Below, piece after piece: positions 50,415 through 58,549 of a DNA stretch of 64,000 bases (positions within the stretch are counted from its first letter, which is position 1; the number at the start of each line of letters is the position of its first letter). The position numbers and the translations under genes are program-made. The DNA lies in assembly GCA_964595645.1 (NCBI GenBank), contig CAZQQT010000009.1, positions 16,950 through 80,949 of the forward strand, in the 5' to 3' direction. The notes under the pieces are model-generated. The model had not been told where the DNA came from, made no database searches, and was given only the letters and a program-made list of their open reading frames with translations. The stretch comes from an uncultured Thermococci archaeon. GTDB lineage: Archaea > Methanobacteriota_B > Thermococci > Methanofastidiosales > B48-G16.

Positions 50415-50767
50415 GAATGGGGCTAGAGAAATTTGGAGATGTTTTTGTAAATTTTATCTACTCTCTCGCAAAATCCCGTACATTGGAGGAGTACGATGGA
50501 GTGAAAGTACCAAATTCCTGTCTTGCTGAGGCGCTGACACTTTCGGACATTGAGTCTCCCCGACGAAGCGACAAACACGCTAAAGGAGACTTTGTAGAAA
50601 AAACTATTGCCAGATCATGGACAGAAGGGAGAATCACAGAAGAAGAATGTGTGGATATTCTTTGTTCCACACTTATAAAATTTGACTTGAAGACACGCGA
50701 TGAAGAAAAAAGAGCGATAGTTGAGGCGTTTAAAAATCTTTTAAACGAAATAAAAAAGAAAAATTAA
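50411..50767 (+). CDS. conserved small protein with RNase III-like motif pair (function unknown)
   Basis: 118 aa. ATGA-coupled to rpoL. LEKFGDVFVNFIYSLA and KGDFVEKTIA resemble the two catalytic signature segments of RNase III/Mini-III domains. Confidence 0.45.
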   Translation: MRMGLEKFGDVFVNFIYSLAKSRTLEEYDGVKVPNSCLAEALTLSDIESPRRSDKHAKGDFVEKTIARSWTEGRITEEECVDILCSTLIKFDLKTRDEEKRAIVEAFKNLLNEIKKKN

Positions 50768-53700
50768 GTCTTAGGCTTCTTTGGAAGACCTCCAGGTCTC
50801 TTCCGTCTCTGTGGTTCTCTCTTCTCTTCTTCCTCTTCTTCAAAGGGTTTTTTTCTCCTTGGAATTTTTGGTGTTATTTTCTTTATTCTAAAGACGTAGA
50901 AAAGCACTATTCCAATCACTATTAAAGCCACTACTGCGTACTTCCACCGCCACATACCCGAAGGTTCTTCTCCTTCCTCTGTCATAGTGGCAGGTTCCTC
51001 AACAGTCTGACCTGCAACCACATCCTTTGTAAAGGATTTATCAATATAGTCTGCCTTCGTAAGTTTTATCTGGTGGCTGCCCTCTTCGACGTCCTCGGCC
51101 AGTAGCACACCCTCTTCATCTGTTTTTCCTTTCATCTCATTGTCCACAAAGACATTCACATCGGGGATAGGGTTCCCCTCGTTGTCCTTCACAGTTACCT
51201 TCAAACTGCCAGTAGGAGATGGAGCTGGTGTTGTAGTCGGGGGACCAGTGGGTGAAAGAACGATGTTCTTTGAGACTGTTTTTCCATCGGCAACTTCAGC
51301 TTCTGCAGTGCCTTTTTGATATCCCTCAAGACTCGCTTCAATGGTATAGGTGCCACCTTGTAGCTGGAATGATGCCTCACCATTCTCTGCAGTTTTCTCT
51401 GCTACTGTCTCACCGTTGGATATCACTGTGACGGTGGCGTTCACATTGTTTCCATCTTGATCCTGTACTACAACATTAAGCACTCCTTTCTGCGCCTCTA
51501 TCTGGAGTGTTTCCATATTATATCGTTCTTTAGCTTTGACAGAAAATACACTAGATTTAAAGTCTTTGTACCCTTCTAGTTTTATCTCTATATAGTAACT
51601 ACCTGGAGACACATTCTCAATAGTAAATCCTTTCTTGGTAGAAGATACACTGGTGACTAGTTCACCTTCCTGTGTATAGAGCTCTACTGTGGCTCCAACC
51701 AATACATTTCCAATCTCATTTGCAACGATACCGTAGATAGAACCTGATCTATTGATTGTAATTGGGTTCTTCTTGGGAGATGCAAGCGTCTGGCTGAGAA
51801 CTACCTTTACCTTCTGATCCTCGTATCCTACAACTCCCACTTCGTACTCATGTCCTGTTTCTACCTCCATCTTAAACTCTCCGCTCTCTTGATCGGGGCT
51901 GGCAGTTTTGTATGTTGATGTCTTTCCATCCTGGTACGCAACAACCTGGTACGGCACAGTGCCATCACCAAAATGAACTGTTCCTACAATAAGATCGTAT
52001 CCTTTCTTATAGAGTCTTATCACCTTTTCCATATCCGAACCCATGGTAATAATCTCTGTATATCCGGCGCCCGTGCCATCGTCGTATCCTTCCTTTTCCA
52101 CACGAACATTGTACGTCCCAGACTGGAGCGTGAACGATGTCTTCCCCTGTGCATCAGTTGTCTTTTCTGGTAGCTCCTCTATCTTCACCTTTGCCCCTTC
52201 AAGAGGTGAATCTGCAAATGCGTCTATCACAGTGAATGTGAGGCTGTACCGTGATTTTATAGTGGCAGTAAACGTTTGATCTCTTGACACATCGATACTG
52301 TCCGTATAAGTGGAAAATCCAGATTTCTCTACCTTTAGTGTATAGGTTCCGCTTTTTACTGCTGTAAACACGGCATTACCTTGGGAATTTGTCGTTTTGC
52401 TCATGGGGGAGCCAGTGGTGGGAGTCAGCGTGACCTCGGCATCCTCTATCATGTTATTGTTGGCATCCTTCACCGCAATAGTCACTTCGTTCTCTTCTGT
52501 GGAAGTGAGCGTGATCGGGATCGTGGTGTTCCCCGTGATATCGTACACATCGGTGTAGGTAGTGTACTCTTCCTTGCTCACGGTAAGATTATAAGTGCCG
52601 TCGGGAACGTTTTCGAACACTGCTCGTCCATTAGAGTTTGTCGTTGTAGAGTATTTCCCAAGCTCTACCGACGCATCGGCGATTTCATCTCCCGTCGAGG
52701 ATTTTACGACGATAGTGACAGTGTTCTGACCAGGCACATTTATAATGACAATCATTGCCTCAGAAAATTCGCTTTCATTTCCTGCCTTGTCAACTGCTTT
52801 GACCCGCCAGAAATACGTATCGTTATCTAAACTTACTGTAGGAGTATAATACGATACGTAAAGATTTTCTTTGGTAGTTGCATCGGAGAATGTGTTCTCC
52901 GTGGCATACTGCATCGTATATTTCTCCACGCCAGAGCCTCCATCTGTAGCGGCTGGCCACTCAAACTTCGGAGTGTTGTCTTCGACTACGCCGCCATTCG
53001 GAGGCGACCATCCAGTCGTACCCGGACTCGCTATCTGGGGAGGTGTCTTATCTATAATAACTGACCAGACATCGGACCACGCACTTTCTATATCCTTCGG
53101 GTTTCTGCATTTCACCCTCCATTCATACACTGCTTCTTCGAGTGCTGAGCCCACGGTAAAGCTCGTGTTCGTATTTCCAATAAGAGTTCTTTCTGCAGCA
53201 TCCTCCCAAGTTTGTGTTGTTTTCTTATATTGGAGAGTGTACACAGAAGCATCTGAGACAGTTTGCCAGCTAAACGTGGGTGTAGTGTCCTGTATTGCCG
53301 AGCCATCGGTGGGAGAGAGTAGTACTGGCGTTTCCGGTGCTACTGCTCCGATTGTAAATTTATAGTAGCTTGAATAGGGACCTCCATCCGCAGCTACCTT
53401 CCAGTAGTATGTACCGTCCTCGAGATCTGAGGTCATTTCATAGGTGACCGTTGTCCCACCAGTGTTGAATCCAGAGGATATCGTAAGCGTATCCGAGGGT
53501 GAGAAGGAAGAGGATGGTGATATCTTCAAAGTGTAGGAACTCGCATCCTCAATTTTTGTGAACTCGAACGTTGGTCGCGAATCCGTTATCTCCACATTAT
53601 CGGGTGGTGAGATAAGGTTCGGGATGTTTTTGTTAACTTCGAGCGTATAGTAATCCGAGTATCCTGTAGAGAGATCCGTTTTTATCCGCCAGTAGTACGT

Positions 53701-54660
53701 GCCATTGGAGAGACTTTCACTGAGTTGAAGTTCGTACTGTGTAGTAGTTACGGTTTTCTCGAGTGTGATGGTTCCAAACGTAGACTCCTCTGATATCTGT
53801 ATCGTATAGGTACTCGCATAGGGTACAGAACTCCACTTAAAAAGCGGTGTGGCGTCATTTGTTGTGGTGTTATTAGATGGTGATATAAGGTCGGGAACAG
53901 GGGATACCTCAAAACTCCGTATGGTAGATGAAAGACTTATATTTCCCGCATTATCCACTGCATACACTCGCCAGTAATACGTACCTTCTGTCAGCCCCTC
54001 ACTCGCTTTTATAGTATATGAGGTACTGGTAAGGTTTGCCTTTGTTACCGTGCCTGTTCCAACAAAATCATCATTCGGTGACCATTGTAGAGTATATCCT
54101 TTAATACCCGAGTCCCCATCCGACGCGGCGTTCCAATCAAGGGTGGGTCTAATATTATTTATTGTTGCACCATTAGCGGGAGTGCTCAAAGTTGGGGCAG
54201 AGGGTTTCTGGGTATCGTACATAATGGAGAACTGTTTTGAGTCCGTAGCCCCTATAGAATCTGTTGTCACGATTCTCATGATGGTTATCTGTCCGGAAGA
54301 GCTTAAATTACTTGCTTTTGCCCTTACTGTGATCGTAAGGGACTCTCCCACCTCTATTCTGTATCCTGCTGTATTTGGAGTTCCTGTCGCAGATAAATCA
54401 TCATTTGCAATGTTAAAATTCCAGTTGGACGCAGAGATGGTATCATAAAGGAACTGTCTGTTGCTGTCACCTGAGGTATTTTGGAACTGTATCTTGTTGA
54501 TCGGGTCACCAGAAGTATTGTACACGACAATAGAGTAGTTCACGTATCCTGTCGTATTGATAGCTTCTGGATTTATCGTTATATTGCTTAGGTGGCTAGC
54601 ATTAAGGATAGGAAGGGATGCAAAGAGTATAAAAACTAAGAAAAGAGCTTTTTTCTTCAT
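50764..54660 (-). CDS. giant cell-surface protein: signal peptide, about 5 FN3-like modules, about 7 carboxypeptidase-regulatory-like beta-sandwich modules, C-terminal TM anchor and charged tail
   Basis: 1298 aa. MKKKALFLVFILFASLPILNA signal. Repeats of type P.L.SP......PTF.W....AS.Y.....GTYYWRV, then repeats of type V.V.D..G.....A.V.......T...G.A.F....GTY.L.V.K.GY. TM segment YAVVALIVIGIVLFYVF followed by a Lys/Arg/Glu-rich tail. Confidence 0.8.
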   Translation of the reverse strand: MKKKALFLVFILFASLPILNASHLSNITINPEAINTTGYVNYSIVVYNTSGDPINKIQFQNTSGDSNRQFLYDTISASNWNFNIANDDLSATGTPNTAGYRIEVGESLTITVRAKASNLSSSGQITIMRIVTTDSIGATDSKQFSIMYDTQKPSAPTLSTPANGATINNIRPTLDWNAASDGDSGIKGYTLQWSPNDDFVGTGTVTKANLTSTSYTIKASEGLTEGTYYWRVYAVDNAGNISLSSTIRSFEVSPVPDLISPSNNTTTNDATPLFKWSSVPYASTYTIQISEESTFGTITLEKTVTTTQYELQLSESLSNGTYYWRIKTDLSTGYSDYYTLEVNKNIPNLISPPDNVEITDSRPTFEFTKIEDASSYTLKISPSSSFSPSDTLTISSGFNTGGTTVTYEMTSDLEDGTYYWKVAADGGPYSSYYKFTIGAVAPETPVLLSPTDGSAIQDTTPTFSWQTVSDASVYTLQYKKTTQTWEDAAERTLIGNTNTSFTVGSALEEAVYEWRVKCRNPKDIESAWSDVWSVIIDKTPPQIASPGTTGWSPPNGGVVEDNTPKFEWPAATDGGSGVEKYTMQYATENTFSDATTKENLYVSYYTPTVSLDNDTYFWRVKAVDKAGNESEFSEAMIVIINVPGQNTVTIVVKSSTGDEIADASVELGKYSTTTNSNGRAVFENVPDGTYNLTVSKEEYTTYTDVYDITGNTTIPITLTSTEENEVTIAVKDANNNMIEDAEVTLTPTTGSPMSKTTNSQGNAVFTAVKSGTYTLKVEKSGFSTYTDSIDVSRDQTFTATIKSRYSLTFTVIDAFADSPLEGAKVKIEELPEKTTDAQGKTSFTLQSGTYNVRVEKEGYDDGTGAGYTEIITMGSDMEKVIRLYKKGYDLIVGTVHFGDGTVPYQVVAYQDGKTSTYKTASPDQESGEFKMEVETGHEYEVGVVGYEDQKVKVVLSQTLASPKKNPITINRSGSIYGIVANEIGNVLVGATVELYTQEGELVTSVSSTKKGFTIENVSPGSYYIEIKLEGYKDFKSSVFSVKAKERYNMETLQIEAQKGVLNVVVQDQDGNNVNATVTVISNGETVAEKTAENGEASFQLQGGTYTIEASLEGYQKGTAEAEVADGKTVSKNIVLSPTGPPTTTPAPSPTGSLKVTVKDNEGNPIPDVNVFVDNEMKGKTDEEGVLLAEDVEEGSHQIKLTKADYIDKSFTKDVVAGQTVEEPATMTEEGEEPSGMWRWKYAVVALIVIGIVLFYVFRIKKITPKIPRRKKPFEEEEEEKREPQRRKRPGGLPKKPKT

Positions 54661-54797
54661 AACTCCTCAGCCTCCTCCATTCTCTCAATGATCTTCTCCA
54701 GGAACTCCTGCCAGTTCTTGGCATGGAGTTTACCTTTGAGTTCCACTGCTTTAAAGTATAACTCATCCGGAATATTTTTGAACGTGATGTTTTTCAT
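54657..54797 (-). CDS. ribbon-helix-helix (Arc/CopG/FitA-like) small DNA-binding protein
   Basis: Below the ORF-track cut-off. Manual translation gives MKNITFKNIPDELYFKAVELKGKLHAKNWQEFLEKIIERMEEAEEL (46 aa). GGTGG SD upstream. Its TGA overlaps the ATG of the giant surface protein gene (ATGA). Confidence 0.6.
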   Translation of the reverse strand: MKNITFKNIPDELYFKAVELKGKLHAKNWQEFLEKIIERMEEAEEL

Positions 54798-54872
54798 ATC
54801 ATGCCACCTTTGCTTTAAATACTGTATATGATAATAACAATGTTTATCCTTTAAATAGTTTTCGGTCGTCAG

Positions 54873-54887
54873 TATTGATTATCAATA
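54873..54887. promoter_or_regulatory. perfect 7-1-7 palindrome upstream of the RHH/surface-protein promoter
   Basis: tattgat-t-atcaata, read directly. It lies about 15 nt upstream of a TATA-like CTATTTAAAGG (minus strand, 54848-54858). Confidence 0.45.
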
Positions 54888-54896
54888 ATAATTAGA

Positions 54897-55352
54897 CTAA
54901 GGTTCAAAACTCTGTATCACTATATGGGCCGATGTATCCTCAATACCCTCTATTGAGTTTATTTCATTGAGTGTTCTATCAAGCTTGGATTCATCCACAC
55001 TTACAATTACGTCTACCTCCCCTGTAACTCGGAAGATCTTCACTGATTCTATCTTTTTTAAATGTTCAAATACTTCCTTTCTGTAATTAGGTTTTATTTT
55101 AATAAAAATATATGATTTTCCACTGTAGCTTTCTAAAAAATTCACAGCGCCTTCTGTAAGATCAATAAATTTTCTTCCTGTTCTAATAAAATCGAGCCTT
55201 TTAAGTTCCCTTAAATGATTGTTCAGCGCCTGCCTCGTGATTCCTAGCTCGTCTGATATCTCTTCTTGCGATTTTTTCACGGTGTGTACCCGTACTCTTT
55301 CACTCTCTTCATATAGCTTTTTCAGTATCTCCTGCTGCCTCTTCGTCAACAT
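54897..55352 (-). CDS. Lrp/AsnC-like regulator (wHTH plus RAM/ACT-like ligand domain)
   Basis: Start taken at MLTKRQQEILKKL. EISDELGITRQALNNHLRELK HTH. The C-terminal IFIKIKPNYRKEVFEHLKKIESVKIFRVTGEVDVIV is typical of the AsnC ligand-binding domain. Confidence 0.7.
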   Translation of the reverse strand: MLTKRQQEILKKLYEESERVRVHTVKKSQEEISDELGITRQALNNHLRELKRLDFIRTGRKFIDLTEGAVNFLESYSGKSYIFIKIKPNYRKEVFEHLKKIESVKIFRVTGEVDVIVSVDESKLDRTLNEINSIEGIEDTSAHIVIQSFEP

Positions 55353-55648
55353 AGTTCCACCTTTATCTTTATAATGTAAAGATATAGACATTCCTCTTTT
55401 TAAATCTTTTGGTTTATCGGTTTAAAAACTTGAAGAATGACAATCCAAAATTTTTCATTTTTATTTTTCTTACAGCGTTTTATTTCGCTTAAATTTTCTT
55501 CTATGGAGAAATATATATAATTCAATCCTTAATTATCGTCTTTTTTCTCTCATCATCGATTACTAAGCAGGATTTCCCCATGTAGATCATTCCCCAAAGA
55601 AAGCTAAGAGAACGTGATGCTACTCCAAAAACTTTTAAGATCGTAAAG

Positions 55649-55656
55649 TTTTTATA
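55649..55656 (+). promoter_or_regulatory. BRE/TATA candidate for the kor-hdr operon
   Basis: cgtaaag-tttttata, 42 nt upstream of the ATG at 55698. Confidence 0.45.
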
Positions 55657-55697
55657 CTAGGTACGAGGAAAAAGATACATCACTTCAAAAAGAAGGG

Positions 55698-56000
55698 ATG
55701 TTCATGGGGCATAGCTCTCAAAAATATATAGGAAAAGGGTTGAATCAGAAAACAAAGAAATCGTCAAAGGGCAAGATTTATCTGATTGAAGATAGATGTA
55801 AGGGATGCAATCTCTGTATAGAGTTCTGTCCGAAAGAAGTACTAGTGGAATCGGAAAAATTCAATGAAAAGGGCTACCATCCACCAGAATTAGAGGAAAT
55901 CCCTGGTGAAAAAGAATGTGTGGGTTGCGGCTACTGTTCTCTTGTCTGTCCGGAGTTTGCTATATTTTGTGAAGTAGAAAATGAGGAGGAAGATAAATGA
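55698..56000 (+). CDS. korD: 2-oxoacid:ferredoxin oxidoreductase delta subunit (2x[4Fe-4S] ferredoxin)
   Basis: 100 aa. CKGCNLCIEFCP and CVGCGYCSLVCP. Confidence 0.8.
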   Translation: MFMGHSSQKYIGKGLNQKTKKSSKGKIYLIEDRCKGCNLCIEFCPKEVLVESEKFNEKGYHPPELEEIPGEKECVGCGYCSLVCPEFAIFCEVENEEEDK

Positions 56001-57142
56001 AGGGAGTACTTACTGGAACCTATTTTTTGACTGGAAATGACGCCGTTGCAGAAGGAGCAATCAGTGCAGGATGCAGATTTTTCGCAGGTTATCCAATTAC
56101 ACCCTCAACAGAGATAGCAGAAAGAATTTCAAGGAGATTTCCACAAGTAGAAGGCTCTTATATCCAAATGGAGGATGAATTATCATCTATGGCTGCAATA
56201 CTCGGAGCCTCCTGGGCAGGTGTAAAGAGTATGACTGCCACTAGCGGTCCGGGCTTCAGCCTTATGCAGGAAAATATTGGGCTCGGTGTAATGCTGGAAA
56301 CACCCGTTGTTGTGGTGAACGTCCAACGAGGCTCACCCTCCACAGGACTACCCACACTCGTGGGGCAAGGTGAAGTAATGCAGAGTAAATGGGGGTCTCA
56401 TGGAGATTACGAGGTGATCGCACTCTCCCCCAACTCACCGCAAGAATGTTTTGATTTAATGATTGAAGCATTCAATTATTCAGAAAAATACCGCGTTCCT
56501 ACATTTTTACTGATGGATGAGTGTGTATCGCATATGTCCGAAAAGGTAGTCATTCCTGAAGAAGAGGATATTAAAGTAATCAATAGAAAAAAACCAAACG
56601 TTTCACCAGAGGACTATACGCCGTTCAAACCTGATGACGATCTGATACCTCCTATGGCAGTGGCGGGAGAGGGATATAAGATCCACGCCACTGGACTGAC
56701 CCACGACGAGAGGGGATATCCACTTATTGAAGCGGAATGTCAGGAGACTCTAGTAAGGCGCTTGTGCGATAAGATCAGAAATCATAAAGATGATATTATT
56801 ACCCTAAACGAGTACCATGTAGATGATGCCGACGTTGTTGTGGTCTCATTCGGTACAGTCTCGCGAAGTGCAAAGATGGCGGTTGATCTGGCCCGTGAAC
56901 AAGGGATAAAGGCGGGCCTTTTGCGCTTGATTACAGTATGGCCTTTCCCAGAGAAGCGGATAAGAGAGATGGCAGATACACTCGATGGGTTTGTTGTGGT
57001 AGAAATTAACTATGGCCAAGTAACATTAGAGGTGGAACGATCTGCGAAGGGAGCGACTGAAGTACTTCATCTACCGTTAATGGGGGGAAGAATCCATACA
57101 CCAGAAGAAATTCTCAAAGGAATAAAAGAGGTGAGCAAATGA
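55997..57142 (+). CDS. korA: 2-oxoacid:ferredoxin oxidoreductase alpha subunit
   Basis: 381 aa. GNDAVAEGAISAGCRFFAGYPITPSTEI. ATGA overlap with the delta subunit. Confidence 0.85.
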   Translation: MKGVLTGTYFLTGNDAVAEGAISAGCRFFAGYPITPSTEIAERISRRFPQVEGSYIQMEDELSSMAAILGASWAGVKSMTATSGPGFSLMQENIGLGVMLETPVVVVNVQRGSPSTGLPTLVGQGEVMQSKWGSHGDYEVIALSPNSPQECFDLMIEAFNYSEKYRVPTFLLMDECVSHMSEKVVIPEEEDIKVINRKKPNVSPEDYTPFKPDDDLIPPMAVAGEGYKIHATGLTHDERGYPLIEAECQETLVRRLCDKIRNHKDDIITLNEYHVDDADVVVVSFGTVSRSAKMAVDLAREQGIKAGLLRLITVWPFPEKRIREMADTLDGFVVVEINYGQVTLEVERSAKGATEVLHLPLMGGRIHTPEEILKGIKEVSK

Positions 57143-58002
57143 CACGAGAACGTGAAGACAGATGTGTGTATATGGCTGAATCGCACCCATTGGATAAGTA
57201 TCTGCGAAAGGAACGACTCCCACATATCTGGTGCAGTGGATGCGGCTGTGGAGATATTCTCACAGCCTACGCGGAGGCAATAAAAGAGCTTGAAATGGAT
57301 CCGGATAAAGTAGGCGTGGTCTCCGGTATTGGATGTATTGGAAGAGCAGCTGGATACCTCAACTTCGATTCATTTCACACCACCCATGGAAGGGCAATCC
57401 CCTTTGCTACTGGGCTAAAGATTGCGAATCCAGAGCTTGACGTGGCAGTAATCAGCGGAGACGGTGATCTGGCAGCCATTGGTGGTAATCACCTAATTCA
57501 TGCAGCGAGGCGTAATATGGACATTTTGGTCCTCTGCTCAAACAACTACACCTACGGTATGACCGGGGGACAGTTTTCTCCTACTACACCTATGGAGTCG
57601 TTCACCACAACGACGCCCTACGGAAACTTTGAACGCCCCTTTAACCTTGTCAATCTTGCCGCTTCCTCTGGTGCTCCCTACGTAGCCCGATGGACTTCTC
57701 TCCACGTACGACGCCTCAAAAAATCTATAAAGGAAGCCCTACAGAAAAAGGGATTCAGATTCATTGAGATACTGACGCCGTGTCCCGTAGGATTCGGAAG
57801 AAAAAATAAGATGGGAACGGCAATCGATACCGCGAAGTTCTATCAGAAACACTCAATCATAAAGAATGGTGCAGATCCGCGAGAGGTGGGTCTTGAAGAT
57901 CCTACTGGGAAATTTATTATTGGGAAATTCGTGGATGATGAAGAGAAAGAGACATTCCTAGAAGCTAAATCCAGGATGTACTCCCAGGTGGTGGAAGAAT
58001 GA
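57139..58002 (+). CDS. korB: 2-oxoacid:ferredoxin oxidoreductase beta subunit (TPP-binding)
   Basis: 287 aa. WCSGCGCG, SGIGC, GDGDLAAIGGNHLIHAARRN. Confidence 0.85.
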   Translation: MTREREDRCVYMAESHPLDKYLRKERLPHIWCSGCGCGDILTAYAEAIKELEMDPDKVGVVSGIGCIGRAAGYLNFDSFHTTHGRAIPFATGLKIANPELDVAVISGDGDLAAIGGNHLIHAARRNMDILVLCSNNYTYGMTGGQFSPTTPMESFTTTTPYGNFERPFNLVNLAASSGAPYVARWTSLHVRRLKKSIKEALQKKGFRFIEILTPCPVGFGRKNKMGTAIDTAKFYQKHSIIKNGADPREVGLEDPTGKFIIGKFVDDEEKETFLEAKSRMYSQVVEE

Positions 58003-58538
58003 GACAGGAAATACGAATCGCTGGATACGGTGGCCAGGGAATCATACTCGCAACTGTAATTGCAGGAAAGGCCGCTGCAATCTACGAAGGAAAGGAAGCC
58101 ACTGTAATGGAGAACTACGGACCTGAAGCACGTGGAGGTGCGTGTTCCGGCACTGCCGTGATCGAGGATAATGAAGTTGATTACCCATACCTTATGGCCC
58201 CTGATGTCATGGTCATTATGTCCCAAAAGTCGTACGATAAGTTCCGACCTGAGTTAAAAAAGGATGGACTTCTCATTATTGACGAAGACCTCGTCACACC
58301 CAGTGAGGACGAGGATGCAGAGATATACAGAATACCTGCAACACGGTTTGCAGAAGAGCTTGGAAACAAGATCGTTGCCAACATCATCATGCTCGGATCC
58401 CTCACTGCGATTACAGAGTATGTAAATTACGATGCAATGAAATCGGCGATACTAAACACCGTCAAACCAAAGTTCAAAGAGATCAACAAAAAAGCCTATA
58501 TCCGTGGATACGAGTACGGGAAGGAGATGAAGAAGTAG
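57999..58538 (+). CDS. korG: 2-oxoacid:ferredoxin oxidoreductase gamma subunit
   Basis: 179 aa. IRIAGYGGQGIILA...YGPEARGGA. Confidence 0.85.
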   Translation: MRQEIRIAGYGGQGIILATVIAGKAAAIYEGKEATVMENYGPEARGGACSGTAVIEDNEVDYPYLMAPDVMVIMSQKSYDKFRPELKKDGLLIIDEDLVTPSEDEDAEIYRIPATRFAEELGNKIVANIIMLGSLTAITEYVNYDAMKSAILNTVKPKFKEINKKAYIRGYEYGKEMKK

Positions 58539-58549
58539 GGTGATACCCG

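Noticed and set aside
55437-55520. 27-aa ORF (MTIQNFSFLFFLQRFISLKFSSMEKYI) in the kor upstream region
   Set aside because: It lies in very AT-rich intergenic DNA with no SD. Such an ORF is expected by chance, and the region is more likely promoter or operator DNA for the divergent Lrp-like and kor genes.
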